From the NCBI RefSeq assembly GCF_006345805.1, contig NC_042999.1, positions 95,046,001 to 95,110,000 on the forward strand: DNA of 64,000 bases, given 5' to 3'. The notes under the pieces were generated by a model, which worked only from the letters and a program-made list of their open reading frames with translations, ran no database searches and was not told the origin of the DNA. Positions within the stretch are counted from its first letter, which is position 1, and each line of letters begins with the position of its first letter. The position numbers and the translations under genes are program-made. Source of the stretch: Octopus sinensis. Its lineage: Eukaryota. Shown piece by piece: positions 36,313 through 51,665 of this stretch.

Positions 36313-39300
36313 CATAGGGTTCATGATGGATAGAAAGATTATCTGCTATGAAACTAAATACACCAATAACACAGAAGTATTCTATTGATGATGGTATAAT
36401 CAAATGAATCTAAAATAAGATGGAAAAGAAAATTTCTGAGGTTAAAATTCAATGCATAAACATTTATTGCATCTCACTTAAGATGATGAAATATGAGATA
36501 AAGTGTTAAAACCTGTGCAAATATATAAAACTGAAATGTTCCACTGCAGTAAAGTGAGTTTTAATAACCTAATTAATCTTTAGTACTCAAGTAATATCTC
36601 ATCATCGGAATATGCAAATGTAATTGAAGTTACATTCATTATCACTCTTGTTCTATTGAGAAGCATGCAGTTGGGAGAACGCATTACAGGAAAAAAAATA
36701 ATGGAACGACAAACCTGAGCAAAATTAATGGTAATGTTAATTCTTGATGAAAGGATGAAAACAAAATACTGTCTATTTGTATGTGTGCTGCATGTTTTTT
36801 ATACACCCACTTAATTAATGCCTAATTACCTTTAATACCATTTTCATAGACATACTTTGCAGTAAGAGCTTTATCATATGTCTACAGAGATAGTATTAAA
36901 GATATTCAATCAATAATATATCCATGAACACGCACTTACACATGTTAAATGTCTTAGTTCTCTGCTTTGCCAGAAGAGATACATTGAAATAGTGTACAAA
37001 CACTTTGATATGTATGCCATTACTAATTCTCATAGTTTTATTTATTTTAATTATTTAAATGTTAAAAAAAAGAGCTAATTAAAAGCAGACACTACACTGT
37101 ATAGATTTATGCAATAAATGAAGCATCAAATTCATAATGGCAAAACACTTTACTACAAATTTACTTTAATCTAAATATCCAATAAACCAGCCATGTGATA
37201 CAGTTGAAAATATTTTATACATAACTTCACCTAGTAGGTGTCTCATGTTTCTATGATTTACAAGTTTTTATTTCTTTCTATATTTCTTGGTCAATGGTAT
37301 ACTTTACCACTGGGTAGTTACTCGGTCAAGAAAAGAATATTTAAAACATCTTTTGTTATATCTCAAAATATTTCTGAGCATCTTGAACATGCTGGATATT
37401 TACAACATGGTTTTCATTTGCATGTATAATTTATTCCTCTCTAATTTTAATTTCCCTACTATGTAAGTTAGAATTACAAATGCCTGGGTCAGCTAAATTA
37501 AGTAAGGATGGTTGTGTGAATAAGAAGTTCAATCGCATGGTTCTGGGTACAATTCTACTGACATTGCCCTTGAGTTCACTAATGCTTTCACCATCAGTGT
37601 TAGAGCATCCACTTTTCTATGTTTTCAAGGGACAGATGCATGTAGGAACAGACTTTTGGCAGAAGTATAGCAGATAAAAAGTGTGTGCGTGGTAGTCCAT
37701 CCTGCATGTACATACATGTGTCTGCACCAATCTCCAGTATCTGCTTTAGCATTGTTTCTACAGCTAGATGCCCTTCCTAACACCAACAATTTTATAGAGT
37801 GTACTGGATGCTTTTTACATGACACTGGCATAAGTGAAGTCAACAAATAACTTGCAAGACAAGATCTTTCAACTGAGTGAGTGTGTAGTATAGAGGGAGG
37901 GGCTTTATACCAGGTGATGAGAGGTTGAAGTATAACAAAGGGACAGAAACAGGTGTTTGTAGTAGAGGAGATGTACTTGCTTATCTCAATTGGTGAAGGA
38001 GGTGAAGAAATGGCAGAGCATACCCTTAAGTTATAAGAGAAGCAGTCCAGAGGCTTGGGCAGGTTGAGGTAAGTTCATGAGATTATGAAAGAAGAGAAAC
38101 AGATGGATGCAGATGGGGATAGAGGTGAATGCAATGAATTGTGAACATGAATAGAGGTGTGGTTTTTGGTGAATACCAGTTTGAAGCAGGAAATATGGAG
38201 GAAATAGGATTGGCATAGAGCAGTGAAAGGATGCAGCACAGATGTGGGCAGTGTGTGAGAGATGCACAGTGCCAGGGTCAAGTTCGGAGGTGAAAATAGT
38301 GGGAGAAAAACATTGATAGAATGAGCAGGTTTAAAAGGAAAGAATAGAGAGTAAAGGGACATTCAGAAGAAAAAAGGATGGTTCTGAGAATGCAAGAAGC
38401 AAAGTAAGCAGCTCTAAGGAGGAATGAGCATAAGAGCAAAGAGGTTTGAGGACATGCATACATACATATATAAATACATACACACACACATACATACATA
38501 CATACATACATACATACATACATACATACATACATACATACATACATACATACATACATACAAATAGAGAGAGACAAAAAGCCTGGGAGACCTACATGGG
38601 GGAGGATGTATGCATCTTCAAAACAAAACTAGATCTCCTCCAGCCAAGAGTTCCAGGTGAACGTACCTCGCAGCAAGAACTGCAGATGAGGGAATCAACA
38701 TCTAACTAATCCACTCACCAAATTCCACACATCAGGAAAGGTTTAGTGAAAGTATAGCAAAGTAAACAGTGGTACCCCACCATGCCCACAACTCTCGAGC
38801 TGAATCTAGAAAAGAAAGAAATATATATATATAAACTGTTTTGACAAATGTGTCCTGTTATTAACTCAAACTATCTTGACATCAACATAAACATTCTGCT
38901 TAGCTGGCTAGAAAACACACCACCATTTTCTGCAGTGGAAACTTCCTTTGCCATCACTTTATCTTTAACTATGAAAACTTCATACCCAGTCATATGTGCT
39001 AGACTTAAATGTCTAGTTCTGACAATCAATGATAGTCTTGGTAGCTGTTCTAGTTAGAGATGTAACACTGTAATGATACCTGAAGCACAAATCTTTGAAT
39101 TCAGGCACTTTTCTGAAATTTAAGAGTGCTGTAGGCCTCTTCTTCCCCTACAGCCTCTCTATAAACATTCTTAGCAATATATCACAATTTTAGTATCCTT
39201 ATATAGATATGTGGTCCCACAGCCATAGTGGAGGCAACCAAGCTTGAAAGTTAGACTCTCTGACAACTGTCCATGTGAGCAGTAACTCTGAATAAAATTC

Positions 39301-39719
39301 TACATGGGAGAGACATCAACTTTGCAAGTCACAGAGAAGACAACCTGTTCAGGAGACATGTTACTGAATAAAAGTTTGTGCAGGAGAGATATGAGCTCTG
39401 CAAGCTGCAGTGAAAGCAACTCATTTAGGAGGAAAACATCTGAGAATGGATGTCATTTACACCAGTGGATTGATAAAATGCATTTACTTTATGTTGTAAG
39501 TGGTTTGTGATACAAAGAGTATCCAATGTGTGAAACTATGGCAAAATTATGGCATATATAGATAACTTTAAGATTAATACTCACTATGTTATTGCTGTGT
39601 ATGATAGTGAGTTGACTGACTTCAAACAACTGTCCCCAACTGATATATTTTTCAGTCACCAAAATTAGGTATCAAGCAAACTAAACACCACTGGAAACTC
39701 TTCTCTTCATGTCAGGTAC

Positions 39720-40370
39720 CACATTTCAAGGTTGAATCTGTCTATGCCAGTATGTTGGAGAGTATATCTGAAGAAACTATTGAGATGCCAGAGCAATGAT
39801 GGATAGATGAGTGCTGTGAATATGCAGTTAGATCGAGTGTAACATCAGATGAATTCCTTATGGACAAGGAACACAAGTAAACATTCTACTGGGAGGGCAA
39901 CAGTAGAGGAATTGGTAGAGTAGATATTGCATTATCAGAGAAATAAATGGAGTAATTGAGATGGCCAGAGTATATGACAGAAAAATCTTCAATCAGCCAT
40001 AGACAATATGACAGAAATAATTATCTCAATGTATGCATCATGACAAGGTAAGTAAGCAGAGTAATCACTTCTATGAAGCTCTCTTACAAAAAACATTGGT
40101 AAGAGATGACAGTAACCTCTTTATGATGGTTGGTGACTTTAATGGGTAAGTTGGGAAACACCATGATAGTTATTCCAGTGCACATGAAAGCTATGGTTAT
40201 GGTACATGGAATGAATGATGATCAGTGATCTTGAACCTTGTGAAGCAAACGACTCAGATGGACACACAAGGCAGACCTCATACTTGCTGGGAAAGAGAAT
40301 AGACAGAATGTTGTGAATAATAAGCCTTTTTCTTGTGAAAATTGTACTACTCAACATTGGTGACCCCAGT
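39720..40370 (+). mobile_element. Decayed RTE apurinic-like endonuclease fragment
   Basis: YWEGNSRGIGRV, ISMYAS, MVGDFNG, GYGTWNE and LE(P)CEANDS remnants, homologous to 63380-63940. Confidence 0.65.
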
Positions 40371-43300
40371 GTCAGAATTAGCTAGAGCCAGAAACACAAG
40401 ACAATCTGGCTAACCAAGAAGGATCTCATAAACAGCAAAATTTAGCATTAAGGACTCTCTAGAAACGAATTCTTTCAAATGTTAAGTAGTATATAGCTCT
40501 TGTTATGTAGGTAATCTAAGAAACAGAGGAGAAGGATGTTCCAAAAACATGTAATTTAGTGGTAGAACTAAGAAACAGTTCATCTGTTCAACTTCTTTTA
40601 GGAACAAATTTTCTCAAAGGATTTCATCATCCACAAATTAACCAATGTAATTAATCCATTGGCAAGAAACTTCACAGGCTTTTTCTCCATTCCTTAGCAT
40701 AAGTCATGAATATGAATAACTTTTGGTGTGTGTGAACTGGTGTCATTTTTGATGGCACAGTCTCACCAGTGATTTAATAAATGACAAGCTAATAGACAAG
40801 TTTTTACTGTTTTTAACTTCAATGAAACATTAAAACTGTTTATACAAAACTTTCTCTCGTATTTAATTTTCTTCGGATCCAACCCTTCAAAGTATTTTCA
40901 ATAAAGATTTAATTATTTATGCTATACAAGTCAGTATCAATTATATGAAATGCATGTTATATTAACACATTCATTAACTATCACTTCTGGCTTATTTTAT
41001 TACATGGGTTCTCTAGTGTATGCATATATAGCATGGAAATTGAACATAAAGGTGAAAGTGATTTTAAAAATAAAGCATTGTATTCTAGGGAAATGTAATG
41101 CTGAAAGATGTTGAAAAAATATTTCAGAATTTTTTAAACAAATTTACTCTTCATGTAGTATGTAATTAACTTTCAAAATGTACTGAACATATCATGATAT
41201 GTGACAAAGTCTGTTAAATCTAACTACAGAAAGATATAAAATCAAATGTGGTAAGAACATCACCAATGACAGTGTTCAAACATAGGAGTTTATCAATAAA
41301 AAAATACAAATTATTCAAAATCTTAAAAAAGTGAACCAAGTAAAAATACAAAATATGTGAATTTATCTGTATAGACAGAAATGATACACTATGGACTGAT
41401 ATGTCAAGAATAATTTATTGTTTGTTAGATTTGAATATATTTCAATGGTCAGAAGCATAGTTGTGTGCTTAAGAAGCTTGTTTCATGAACTTGTGGTTCA
41501 CAGTTTGATCCCATCATGTGACTCATATATCAAGTGTCTTTAGCCACAACCTTGGGTTGATTGATATGTTGTAAGTGAAATTTAGAAGACAGAACTGTGA
41601 AAACCCATTACATATTTGTGTGTCTGTATATGCATGTGTAGATCTTACAGTAATGTACATTAATAAAAAAAAAACTCGATGTAAATATCTGAAAACTAAT
41701 AAACCATTTCTTTTGAATGAAAAATCTTTTATTTATTATTTGTTCCACCCAGATAGCTCAGATGCTCCCTTATTAATCTTATCATCATGAATACTATGAA
41801 GCAGTATCTTTAAAAATAGAATCGTTAAGACAGATATGATGCTTGATCATAGTTCTATTCAGTCTGGGCTGAACTGAAGCTAAACCAAAACAACAAAATT
41901 ATCAAAAACAAATGACCAATAAAGGGAATCCTTATCCAGTCAATCAACCTGCTTGAAATAGCAATTAGATAGCTCTCAAATCATATCTTACTGTCTTAAA
42001 AAAAAAGAGAGACATTGGAAATTAACATCTCAAACACTATTTTTCTATCAAAACTGAAAAAGGGATAAACAACAGTAATAGCTAAATCAAACATTATCAA
42101 CACTACCAGTAACAGTAAGAACTTAGGTTATACAGAATGGAAAGTGAAACAGCAAATTATTAAATTAATACTCAATAGTAAGTTGGTTTTTTTTCTGACG
42201 ACCACAACATTAACTAACACTCTGGAAAGGATGAAAAGTTTTAGTAAGAGTTTTATGTTTATCACAAGTATATCGGAGAAGTAAGATTTATGAACATGCA
42301 CCTAACTATACATCTTTGACAGGCTGAATTACAGGTTTTTTCATAAATATTACATGGTGTTTAGATATGAACAAAACAATTTAGCAAAGACATTTATATA
42401 ATCTGTCGAGGAAACTTGCGCGTTGGCAGTTATAATGTACACTGACTTCTTACAGTTACAAAACCATGCTACCTTCACACTATTATACTTCAACACTGAT
42501 ACATTCATAAAATTAGATTTCCCTCACACATTTTTACATTTTTAAAATTTAATTTACATGTTGGGTTATCTGGAAGTTGGGTTTATGTGCATGGCTTTTG
42601 TAAGTTGTTCTATGAGACTGACATAACTAATGTTCCTCTTGGACAGCTGTATGCCAATTGCTGTGGAAAAAAATTATTATATTATCACACTGTTGCACTA
42701 TTGCACAGCCATTCAGTCATACTCACTTCACATTATAATACAACCACACAGTGAAATACTTATACACCACAATGAGCCACCTTTACTGTCTTCATGCTGT
42801 GACAGGCCATACTACCACACAGTCACATTATTCTCATACAATCATTCATTCATTACAATGTTATTCTGTTAGACTCTCACACAGCTACATTTTGCCATGT
42901 TACACTCTCCATATACAAGCATGCCGCCAAACAAACTTACTCTACAGCATTAAACATTTCTCATCCTGAGAGACTCTCATTACCAGTTTTCACAATTCCT
43001 ATATTTTTAGACAATCAGGACTTTATAATATATGAGTTCTTTGGTCTTCCAAACCATCAGATAACCAGATTCCTAGACCTTCAGACACCCAAATGACAAG
43101 GATCTCAGACTGCAATATTTTCAGGCTTCAAACACTTCCAAAAAATCCTAGTAGGCATTCACACTTCTTTCCTTCAAATCAAGTGTCAACTGCAGTGAGG
43201 TTCTCACTTAGTGCACATTTTCTCATATCAAAACTCTTCTACCACTTCAGTAATGCAATATCACCACAGTTGTGCAGCAAGCTAACTCATTATGATTTAT

Positions 43301-44204
43301 CATTCAATATAAATCAATTTATTTGCTTGTTGGTGATTTGTGTCAATTGTTACAGTTGATTTCCTATTGCATGGATTGCTTTCAATACTGGTTTCCCTTC
43401 CATAAACATTTTCATCCATTTGGGACATTGATCTTGATGGTGATGTCATCTCCATAAGCAACCTGTCACCTTTTGGATGTCAGACAATTTGTAACTCTCC
43501 TTCCTTTGCTTGAAACCCATGATTTATTGCAACAAAGAAAAGCAGTAAGACGAGTTACTCTGCCAACATGTGCAATTTGAACAACCTAAGTCATTTAAGA
43601 AAAAAGTCACTCCCACTTTTACCTTATGTTTAGTGCAAGCCTTATAAATAGATATTTGTATGTATGTATGTATGTATGTATGTATGTATGTATGTATGTA
43701 TGTATGTATGTATGTATATATACCTTCATACATATAGATAGACTAGATTGATAGATAGATAGGTAACAAAGCTATTTTATCCCACATGAGTAGAAATATA
43801 GAAAAAGTAATTTGAAAACGCAATAGGAGTCATTAAGAGGGTTTCTTTTTAAAGGCTTAACCAATTTCACTGACTTTTCTGATTTTTAAAAGTTGAGGCA
43901 GAAAGACTTGGGCCTATGCTACAAATGTCTTGCTTCTGACTGGATTTCAAAATTACTCATGTTTTCATAGAGAGAACATGACTCAAATTAATATCGGTTT
44001 AGGATACAATATGATTGGCAGAGGTTGACCATGTGATTAGGTTTAGTAGGTTTTGTTATTTCTCTGCTATGGTAGTGTGTTAATGTCATACATAAATATA
44101 AAACATGTGTTTGCGTGTATGTATATACATACATACATACATATACATATATATATATACACACACACATACATACACACACACACATATGTCATCATCA
44201 TCAT

Positions 44205-44810
44205 TATCATTTAACAACCATTTACCATGCTGTCATGAGTTGGATGGTTTGACAGAAGCTAGCAGCTAAAGGCCTGCTCAAGCTTCATGTCTGTTTTGGC
44301 ATTGTTTCTACAGCTGGATACCCCTTCAAATGCCACCCACTTTACAGAATGCACTGGGTATGTTTATGCTCCACCAGCACAGGTGCATTTATGTGGCACC
44401 AGTACAGGTGCTTTTAATGTGACACCAGCACCCATGAGCCTGCAAGATTAGGAATGTTCAGCTGGAAAGGGATGTCGGGGACAAGCTTGTATGCAAAGAC
44501 AATCATGCTTTTACTTAGCTGGACATGTTTTCTCAAGCACAGCAAACTGCCAGGAGTTTTGGTCACTTGTCATACCCTCTGTGAGTCCCATTGTCTGTAG
44601 GTCCTTTCTCACTACTTCATCCCACATCTTCCTGGGTCTATCCCATTCACATGTTCACTTCACAATTAGAATTGGCACCTCTTGATGCAACTGTCTTCAT
44701 TCATATGCCTTACATGACTGTACCAGTAGAGTCTTCTCTCTAGTACAATACATTTGATGCCTTGTATACCCAGTTTTTCTCACAAATCATTTGTACTTTG
44801 TTATACATGC
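44205..44810 (-). mobile_element. RTE LINE 3' fragment
   Basis: Tail plus RT C-terminus (RRLYWYSHVRHM..GRPRKMWDEVVRKDL on the minus strand). Confidence 0.8.
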
Positions 44811-45199
44811 ATAGAGATATAGATCTATGTATAGCTGGCACTGCATCAGTTACAATGAGTGTCTCAATTAATCCCATCCATGGAATTGCTAGCTCATGAA
44901 ATTAATGTGCAAGTGGTTGAGTACTTCACAGACATATGCCCCATGCATGAAGTTCTTAGAGAGATTCAGTTTGAGATAGAATGTGTCAAGGCTGGCCCTT
45001 TGAATTACAGGTACAACTCATTTTTGCCAGTTGAGTGAATTGGAGCAAAGTGAAATAAAGTGTCTTGCTTCAGGACCCAGCACACTGCCAAGAATTGCAC
45101 TCTTGACTTACAATCATGAACTGAACCATAACCACTAAGCAACACACCTTCACATATCTAACTATATATATGTATACGTACACATACATGCATGCATAT

Positions 45200-45234
<35 letters not shown>

Positions 45235-48200
45235 ATCATCATTTAACGTCCATTGTCCATGCTGGCATAGGTTGGAAAGTTTGACCAGGGCTGGTAAGCT
45301 GGAAGACTGCACCAGACTCTGATTTAGCATGGTGTTCTATGTTGGGAATGTAATGGGTGCTTTCACATGCTACCAGCATGGGTGCCATTTGCATGACATT
45401 TGTATCTGCCATGATTGTGATTTTGCTCAGCTTGATGGGTCTTCTTCTCAAGCACAACATAATGCCAAAGGTCTCAGGTATTGCCTCCATGATACATATA
45501 TATATATATATATATATACACAGATACATACATATATATGATAGAATAACAGGAAACATGATACTAGTATTTTATTTATTTGATATCCATTACAATTGTT
45601 AAAGTGGTCAATAACCAAGATCAATGAATAATTACAAATTATAAATTACTGACTTATAAAATATATTTGATCAGATCAATTAAAGGCAACTTCATCACAC
45701 AAACACATACATGCCTATATATAGATATATTTATACACACACACACATGCATATACACACACATGATAGGTTTCTTTCTACTTCTGTTTACCAAATCCAC
45801 ACACAAAGCTATGGTCAACACACAGCTATAGAAGAAGACACTTGCTCATGGTGCCATACAGGGGTACTGAACTTGAAACTACATGATTGGAAAGGGAACT
45901 TTTTATCCACTTAACTATCCTTGCACTAGTTACCATATGTATGTATGTCTGTCTGTATGTATGTATGTGTGTATGTATGTATGTCTTTATGTGTGCATCT
46001 ATGTATGAATGTATATAAAAAGAAGGTTTTTATCAGTATAAAAGCAGTTAACTATAATGATAGTAAAGGATTCACTGTTAATGTAGGGTCATTTATTCTT
46101 GATAATTTTATTGACCGTGACTTTGAAGTTTCACTACTGAAACTTCGAAATCACTGCCAATACATACCTTGCAAAAACATATATATGTTTGTGTGTAGAT
46201 AAACAATGGGCTTCATTATAGTTTCCCCTCAATGTAGTTACACTCACAAGGTATTGATCATCTTGAGATTGTTGTAGAAGCTTCTACTATGTGGAGTCAG
46301 CCTCAGAACCAACTGGCTGAAAAGTGAACATCTGTGTTACACAATCATGCTTGTGTCCAGCTTGGAAAATACATACAGCTGAAATATCATTTGCATTCAG
46401 CTGAAATAACATATACATACAGTTAAAATAACATATTTAGATATAGATAAATCAAACAGTTTAATACAGACATTTATATAATGTAAGCATTTAAATCTGA
46501 CAAGAAGACATTAGTGTTCTTACTGATACATTGCCATACAGACCTCACATTCTTCTAACAATGTTACCCAGTCAGAAATTCACCCTATTACATAGCCATC
46601 ACACTGTTTCACTTCCACTCTATTACACATTCACTCTGGTGAGACAATGAGGAAGCCTCTGTATGGTCACTCAACCTGCTAGAGGTAACTGCCAAATTTC
46701 TTTTAAATCACACTGTACCATCTTAAAAGTAAAAAATGACATTAGATGCAATAGTCTTAGACACTTCTAAGACCACACACTCTTTTATAACGACTTTAAT
46801 TAATGGATTGCTGGGTCAGTTTTAACCTGAAGTTAAACAACAACAACCACACTATAATTCTTAAACTGTCTAATTACGAAACATACTTCTCATTGTTTTT
46901 GCTCTGACAAATTATTCTGTACCAAGTATTAGAATTTTATGTTATTCACCATACACAATATTCCTTTCTGTGAGATTTATTGAATTTATTTTTGCTACTA
47001 CAGAACACAAACTTTAATGTAATGTTTTACTCTGCTAAACAGACTTTTAAATTATAATAGTTTTCAACACATACACACATATATATATATATATATACAT
47101 ATATAATTTTTTTGGAATGGTGAATCTCAAAGCAGATAAATCTATAAATTATAGTGTATAAATATTGCATTAAAATACTTTTTGGATAGAAAAAGTCTCA
47201 GGATGAAAAATATGACTGCGTATGCTAGAAATGAAAATTCAAAATAATGGTGAAAGACATGCAAAGCAACTAAGAGAAAGGACAAAATACAAACCCATTT
47301 CATCAGCTGACTTTCCAGCTTTCATTCCAGAATCTCTAGGATTTCAGCACGCAAAAGAAATCGGTACCTTTCATCAAGAAAATACCATTTAGTTCCTTTA
47401 TAAATATATATGATAGTTTGCACATTTGAAACTATTTAAAAGTTTGTCACTGTTAAACTCATCTTTTAGATTTTTATGTTATGTCATATTTCGTAGGTTT
47501 TTCTGCTTTATCATCTTCAAAAGTTATATTTTTTACTTATATATATATAAACTGTAGCTTAGAAGTTAAGAGACAAAATCCTGCCTGGGAGTATTTGAGT
47601 TCAAAGTTTGATAATTAGTTTAACATTCAACCAGAATGCTACGTATGATCACAAGTTTACAAATGTATGTACTAAGAAGGAATATTTATTATTTAATTTT
47701 TAAAATTATCATGCATTTTAATACAAAGCTAAACATCATTCTGATGTAGTTTCATAATGGTGAAAGCTTCCTTGTAGCAATGCATACATTCATAGGTAGC
47801 AATGTAGCAATGCATACTTTCATAATGGTGATAGCTTCTTGTAGCAATGCATACTTGCATGTTTTTGTTTTCTTTTCATTTTTAGCTATATTTTGCTAAT
47901 ATTTTTGATAAATGGTTTGACAAAGTACACTGTCAATAATTTTTATTCTTATACACAAATAGTATATGATGCGTGTGTGAGTGTGCCTATGTGTGTGTAT
48001 GTGTGGTTGTATGTGTGTGGATGCGTTTGAATGTGTAGACTGAGACCCCTTTTGCCCCAGTTGTTTTAAAAACTATGATCACCCTAAATATATCCTATAT
48101 TTTCAGATCTATAACAATAAAATTCATTTAGTTGAATGTTTTCTTGATTATATAAAGAAACAATAAAAATAATTGCCATTTTTTATTGTTTGTGTATTTA

Positions 48201-48471
48201 GAAATAGGTTGTCTAACAAGACGACTTGTAGTCAAGAATATAGCAATTATCTTTCATCTTTTACTTGTTTCAGTCATTGAACTGTGGCCATGCTGGGGCA
48301 CCACACTGAACAGTTTAGTGAAACAAGTCAACTTCAGTACTTACTTTTAAGCCTGGTACTTTTTCTATTGGTTACTTTTCACTGAACCATTTTGTTATGA
48401 GGACATAAACAAACCAACACTAATTGCCAAGCAGTGGTGGGAGACGTACATGAACATGCATGTGCGCGCAC

Positions 48472-48502
<31 letters not shown>

Positions 48503-49579
48503 CATACAACAGGCTTTTTTCAGGTTTGTACCACAAAATCCTCCCACAAGGCTTGGATCAACCAGGTGCTATAATAGAAGAGACTTTCCCAAGGTGTCAT
48601 GCAGTGGGTCTGAACCCAAAACCATGTTGTTAGGAAGCAAACTTATTACCACACAGCCATGTCTCACCTAGATGAGATTATTTTAGATTAATTCTACAAT
48701 AGACACCTAGGAAATTCATGTCTGTAATTTCTGAATAGTAATTTCATCTGACTGGCAAGATAGCACGTTATGCCTATTTTCACACTCTCCAATCCTCAAA
48801 TAACCAGACTGCAAAATTACTAGAGTGTCAGATTTCAAACACTCACTGACATAATCTTAGGAATAAATTTCAATTTCAATGGGCATATAATCATTTTTGA
48901 GTAACAGAACAAAGATAATGTAATCTATCAACACCATGTTCATGATCATCATTGCTATCCTCATTATAGTCATCATCATCATCATCATCATCATCATTAA
49001 TATCATCAGCATGAGCTATAACAATAAAAGTTGAAAATAAAATTAATAAAAAATATGAAAAATTAAAATGCAAACAAAATACACAAGAGATCTAATAAAA
49101 CCAATGATATTTACATATTTCATATATATGTATTTTATGACTGAAACATTTTATATATGTATTTTATAACTGAAATACCTTATTTCCATTTGTAATATAT
49201 AAAAAAATTTAATGATAAATATTTAATACATTGATATAAAGCCACAAAGTTATAGTTAGTAGACTATATTAGCAATTGAGAGGCAAATTTAAATATGCTA
49301 AGATTTGATCTCAGAACATTAAGGAACAAACTTAAATGTTTCTCCATCCATTTGATAATAAAAAAGTTAAAGTGATGATAACAATGATAATAATGATTTC
49401 AAAGTTTGGCTCAAGGTCAGCAGTTTTTAAAGGGGAGGTGAAAGTGATTATATCCCAGTGCTCAACTTTACTGACCTCTAGTCTGCTCTGTATCAACTCT
49501 GAAATGATGAAAGGCAAAGTCAACCTTAACAGAGTCTGAACTCAGAGTGTAAAGCTAGAACAAAATGCAGTTAAGCATT

Positions 49580-49712
49580 TTCTTTAACATGCTAACGATT
49601 CTACCAGCTAGCTGCCTTATAATAGTAATAATAATAAGAAGAAGAAGAAGAAGAAAAAGAAGGAGGAGGAGGAGGAGGACTTCTACTACTACTACAGCAG
49701 CAGCAAAGCAAG
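49580..49712. repeat. Compound trinucleotide microsatellite (AAT)(AGA)(GGA)(ACT)(GCA)
   Basis: Direct reading; it explains the poly-I/R/T/A run in ORF 49565-49786. Confidence 0.9.
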
Positions 49713-49789
49713 CAGATGGGAAGAAATGGAATTATATAGCTAATTCATGGGAAAAAATGGGGGATATTGGAACTAAAGGCTTCTAAGTA

Positions 49790-50475
49790 TGTTTGATGGA
49801 TGGAAATCTGAAACAAGAGATCAAAGTACTAATTATAACCACTGAAAAACAAGCCATGTGGGCAAATCAGATGAAGATAAAGATCAACAAACTCAGTCAG
49901 AGGGCAAAGGTAAACTCTGCAAGAAAGATGAAAATATTCATCATCTCAAAAATGAATGCAGTAAGCTAGCCTCAAAAGAGTATAAACACAGGCACAACTG
50001 TGGAGATAAAAGAGTGCATTGGGATGTTAGTTGCGTGTGTGCTTTCAAAACAACAGAAAATCAGTATGAACATGAACCAGAAGCTGTGATAGAGATAAAG
50101 AATTACAAAATTTTATGAAATTTCCCCATAAAGACTGACCATAATACTGAAGTAAGATCATGTATGATTATAGGGATTATAGTTATAGATCATAGACTTT
50201 GTGATATCTTATGATAACTGAATGAATACCAAAATAATTCAAAAGCATTGAGAACTATCAGGACCTAGCTAGAGAGTGTAAGAGATTGTAGAAGACTAAA
50301 CCAACAATTATTCCTATGATAATTGGGTCACTTGGCACAACTCTCAAATTGCTACCTAAGAGAGTCAAAGACATTGGAATTGAGGCTCATATTGTCTACC
50401 AGCAGAAAAGTAGCCCCTGTATTCTACAAGAATCCAAAGATAGATTCTTGAAACTTAAAGAGGCTTGTCACCATC
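49790..50475 (+). mobile_element. R4/Dong-like non-LTR retrotransposon 3' end (CCHC plus restriction-like endonuclease)
   Basis: KLCKKDENIHHLKNECSKLASKEYKHRHN..VHW..YEHEPEAVIEIKNYKIL, then FPIKTDH..YQDLARE..IIPMIIGSLG. Confidence 0.8.
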
Positions 50476-50946
50476 AATTCTCAATATAACATACCTTCTA
50501 ATTAAATTAACATGGAATAGCTTTGGCATAATGACTGTTTTTAATACAGGCAAAATATAATTTTTTGTGAAAGGGTTATTTGATTAAATGAACCTTAGTA
50601 ATTGACTGGTTTCATATTTTATCAACCTTTGAGTGTTGAAAGTCGATTTCAGTGGAATATGATCTCAAAACATCAAGAGCTGGTAGAAATACTGTAAGTT
50701 ATTATTGTCCAATGTTCTAATGTTCCTGCCAACCTGCAGGATAATATCTGATTTAGGCACGAAGCCAGTAATTTCATGTAGAGGGGTTAAGTCAATTCAT
50801 TTAACCCCAATACTTGCCTAATACTTTATTTTATTGAGTCTGGAGAGATGAAAGACTAAATTGACCTTGGTGAGATATGAACTCAGAATGTAAAGTACTA
50901 GAACAAATCTCACAGTATTTTATCTAATGGTCTAACAATTCTACCC

Positions 50947-50982
<36 letters not shown>

Positions 50983-51243
50983 CAATAGCAACAAAAATCA
51001 TAATGATTTCAAATTTTGGCACAAGGCTAGCAATCTCAAGGAGAGGGTAAGTTGATAGTATTGGCCCCAGTACAACTGGTACTTATTTTATCAACACTGA
51101 AAACAAAAATCAAAGCAAAGTCAGCTTTGGTATAATTTGAACTCAGAATGTGAAGATGGACGAAAAGACTTGGTGCATTTCACCCAGCATGCTAATGGTT
51201 CTGCCAGCTTGGTGCCTTAGTAATAATAAGAAGAAGAAGAAGG

Positions 51244-51665
51244 AGGCACAAGCATGGCTGTGTGGCAAGAAGCTTGCTTCCCAGCCACATGATTCTAGGT
51301 TCAGTCCCACTGGGTGGCACCTTGAGTAAATGTCTTGTACTATTGCCTCAGGCCGACCAAAGCCTTGTGAGTGGGTTTGGTAGACGGAAACTGAAAGAAG
51401 CCTGTCATGTATATGTATATATATATATATATATAATATATATATATATATGTTTGTGTCTGAGTTTGTCCCCCACCATTGCTTGACAATCGATGCTGGT
51501 GTGTTTGCATCCCCAGAACTTAGCAGTTCAGCAAAAGAGACTGATAGAATAAGTACCAGGCTTACAAATAATAAGTCCTGGGGTTGATTTGTTCAACTAA
51601 AAGTGATGCTCTGGCATGGCCACAGCTAAACGATTGAAACAATAAAAGAATAAAGGAATAAAAGA
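51244..51665 (+). mobile_element. tRNA-derived SINE family 1, full length
   Basis: tRNA-like head, central GGCACCTTGAG/GCAAG-type domain and an (AATAAAAG)-type tail. Confidence 0.9.
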
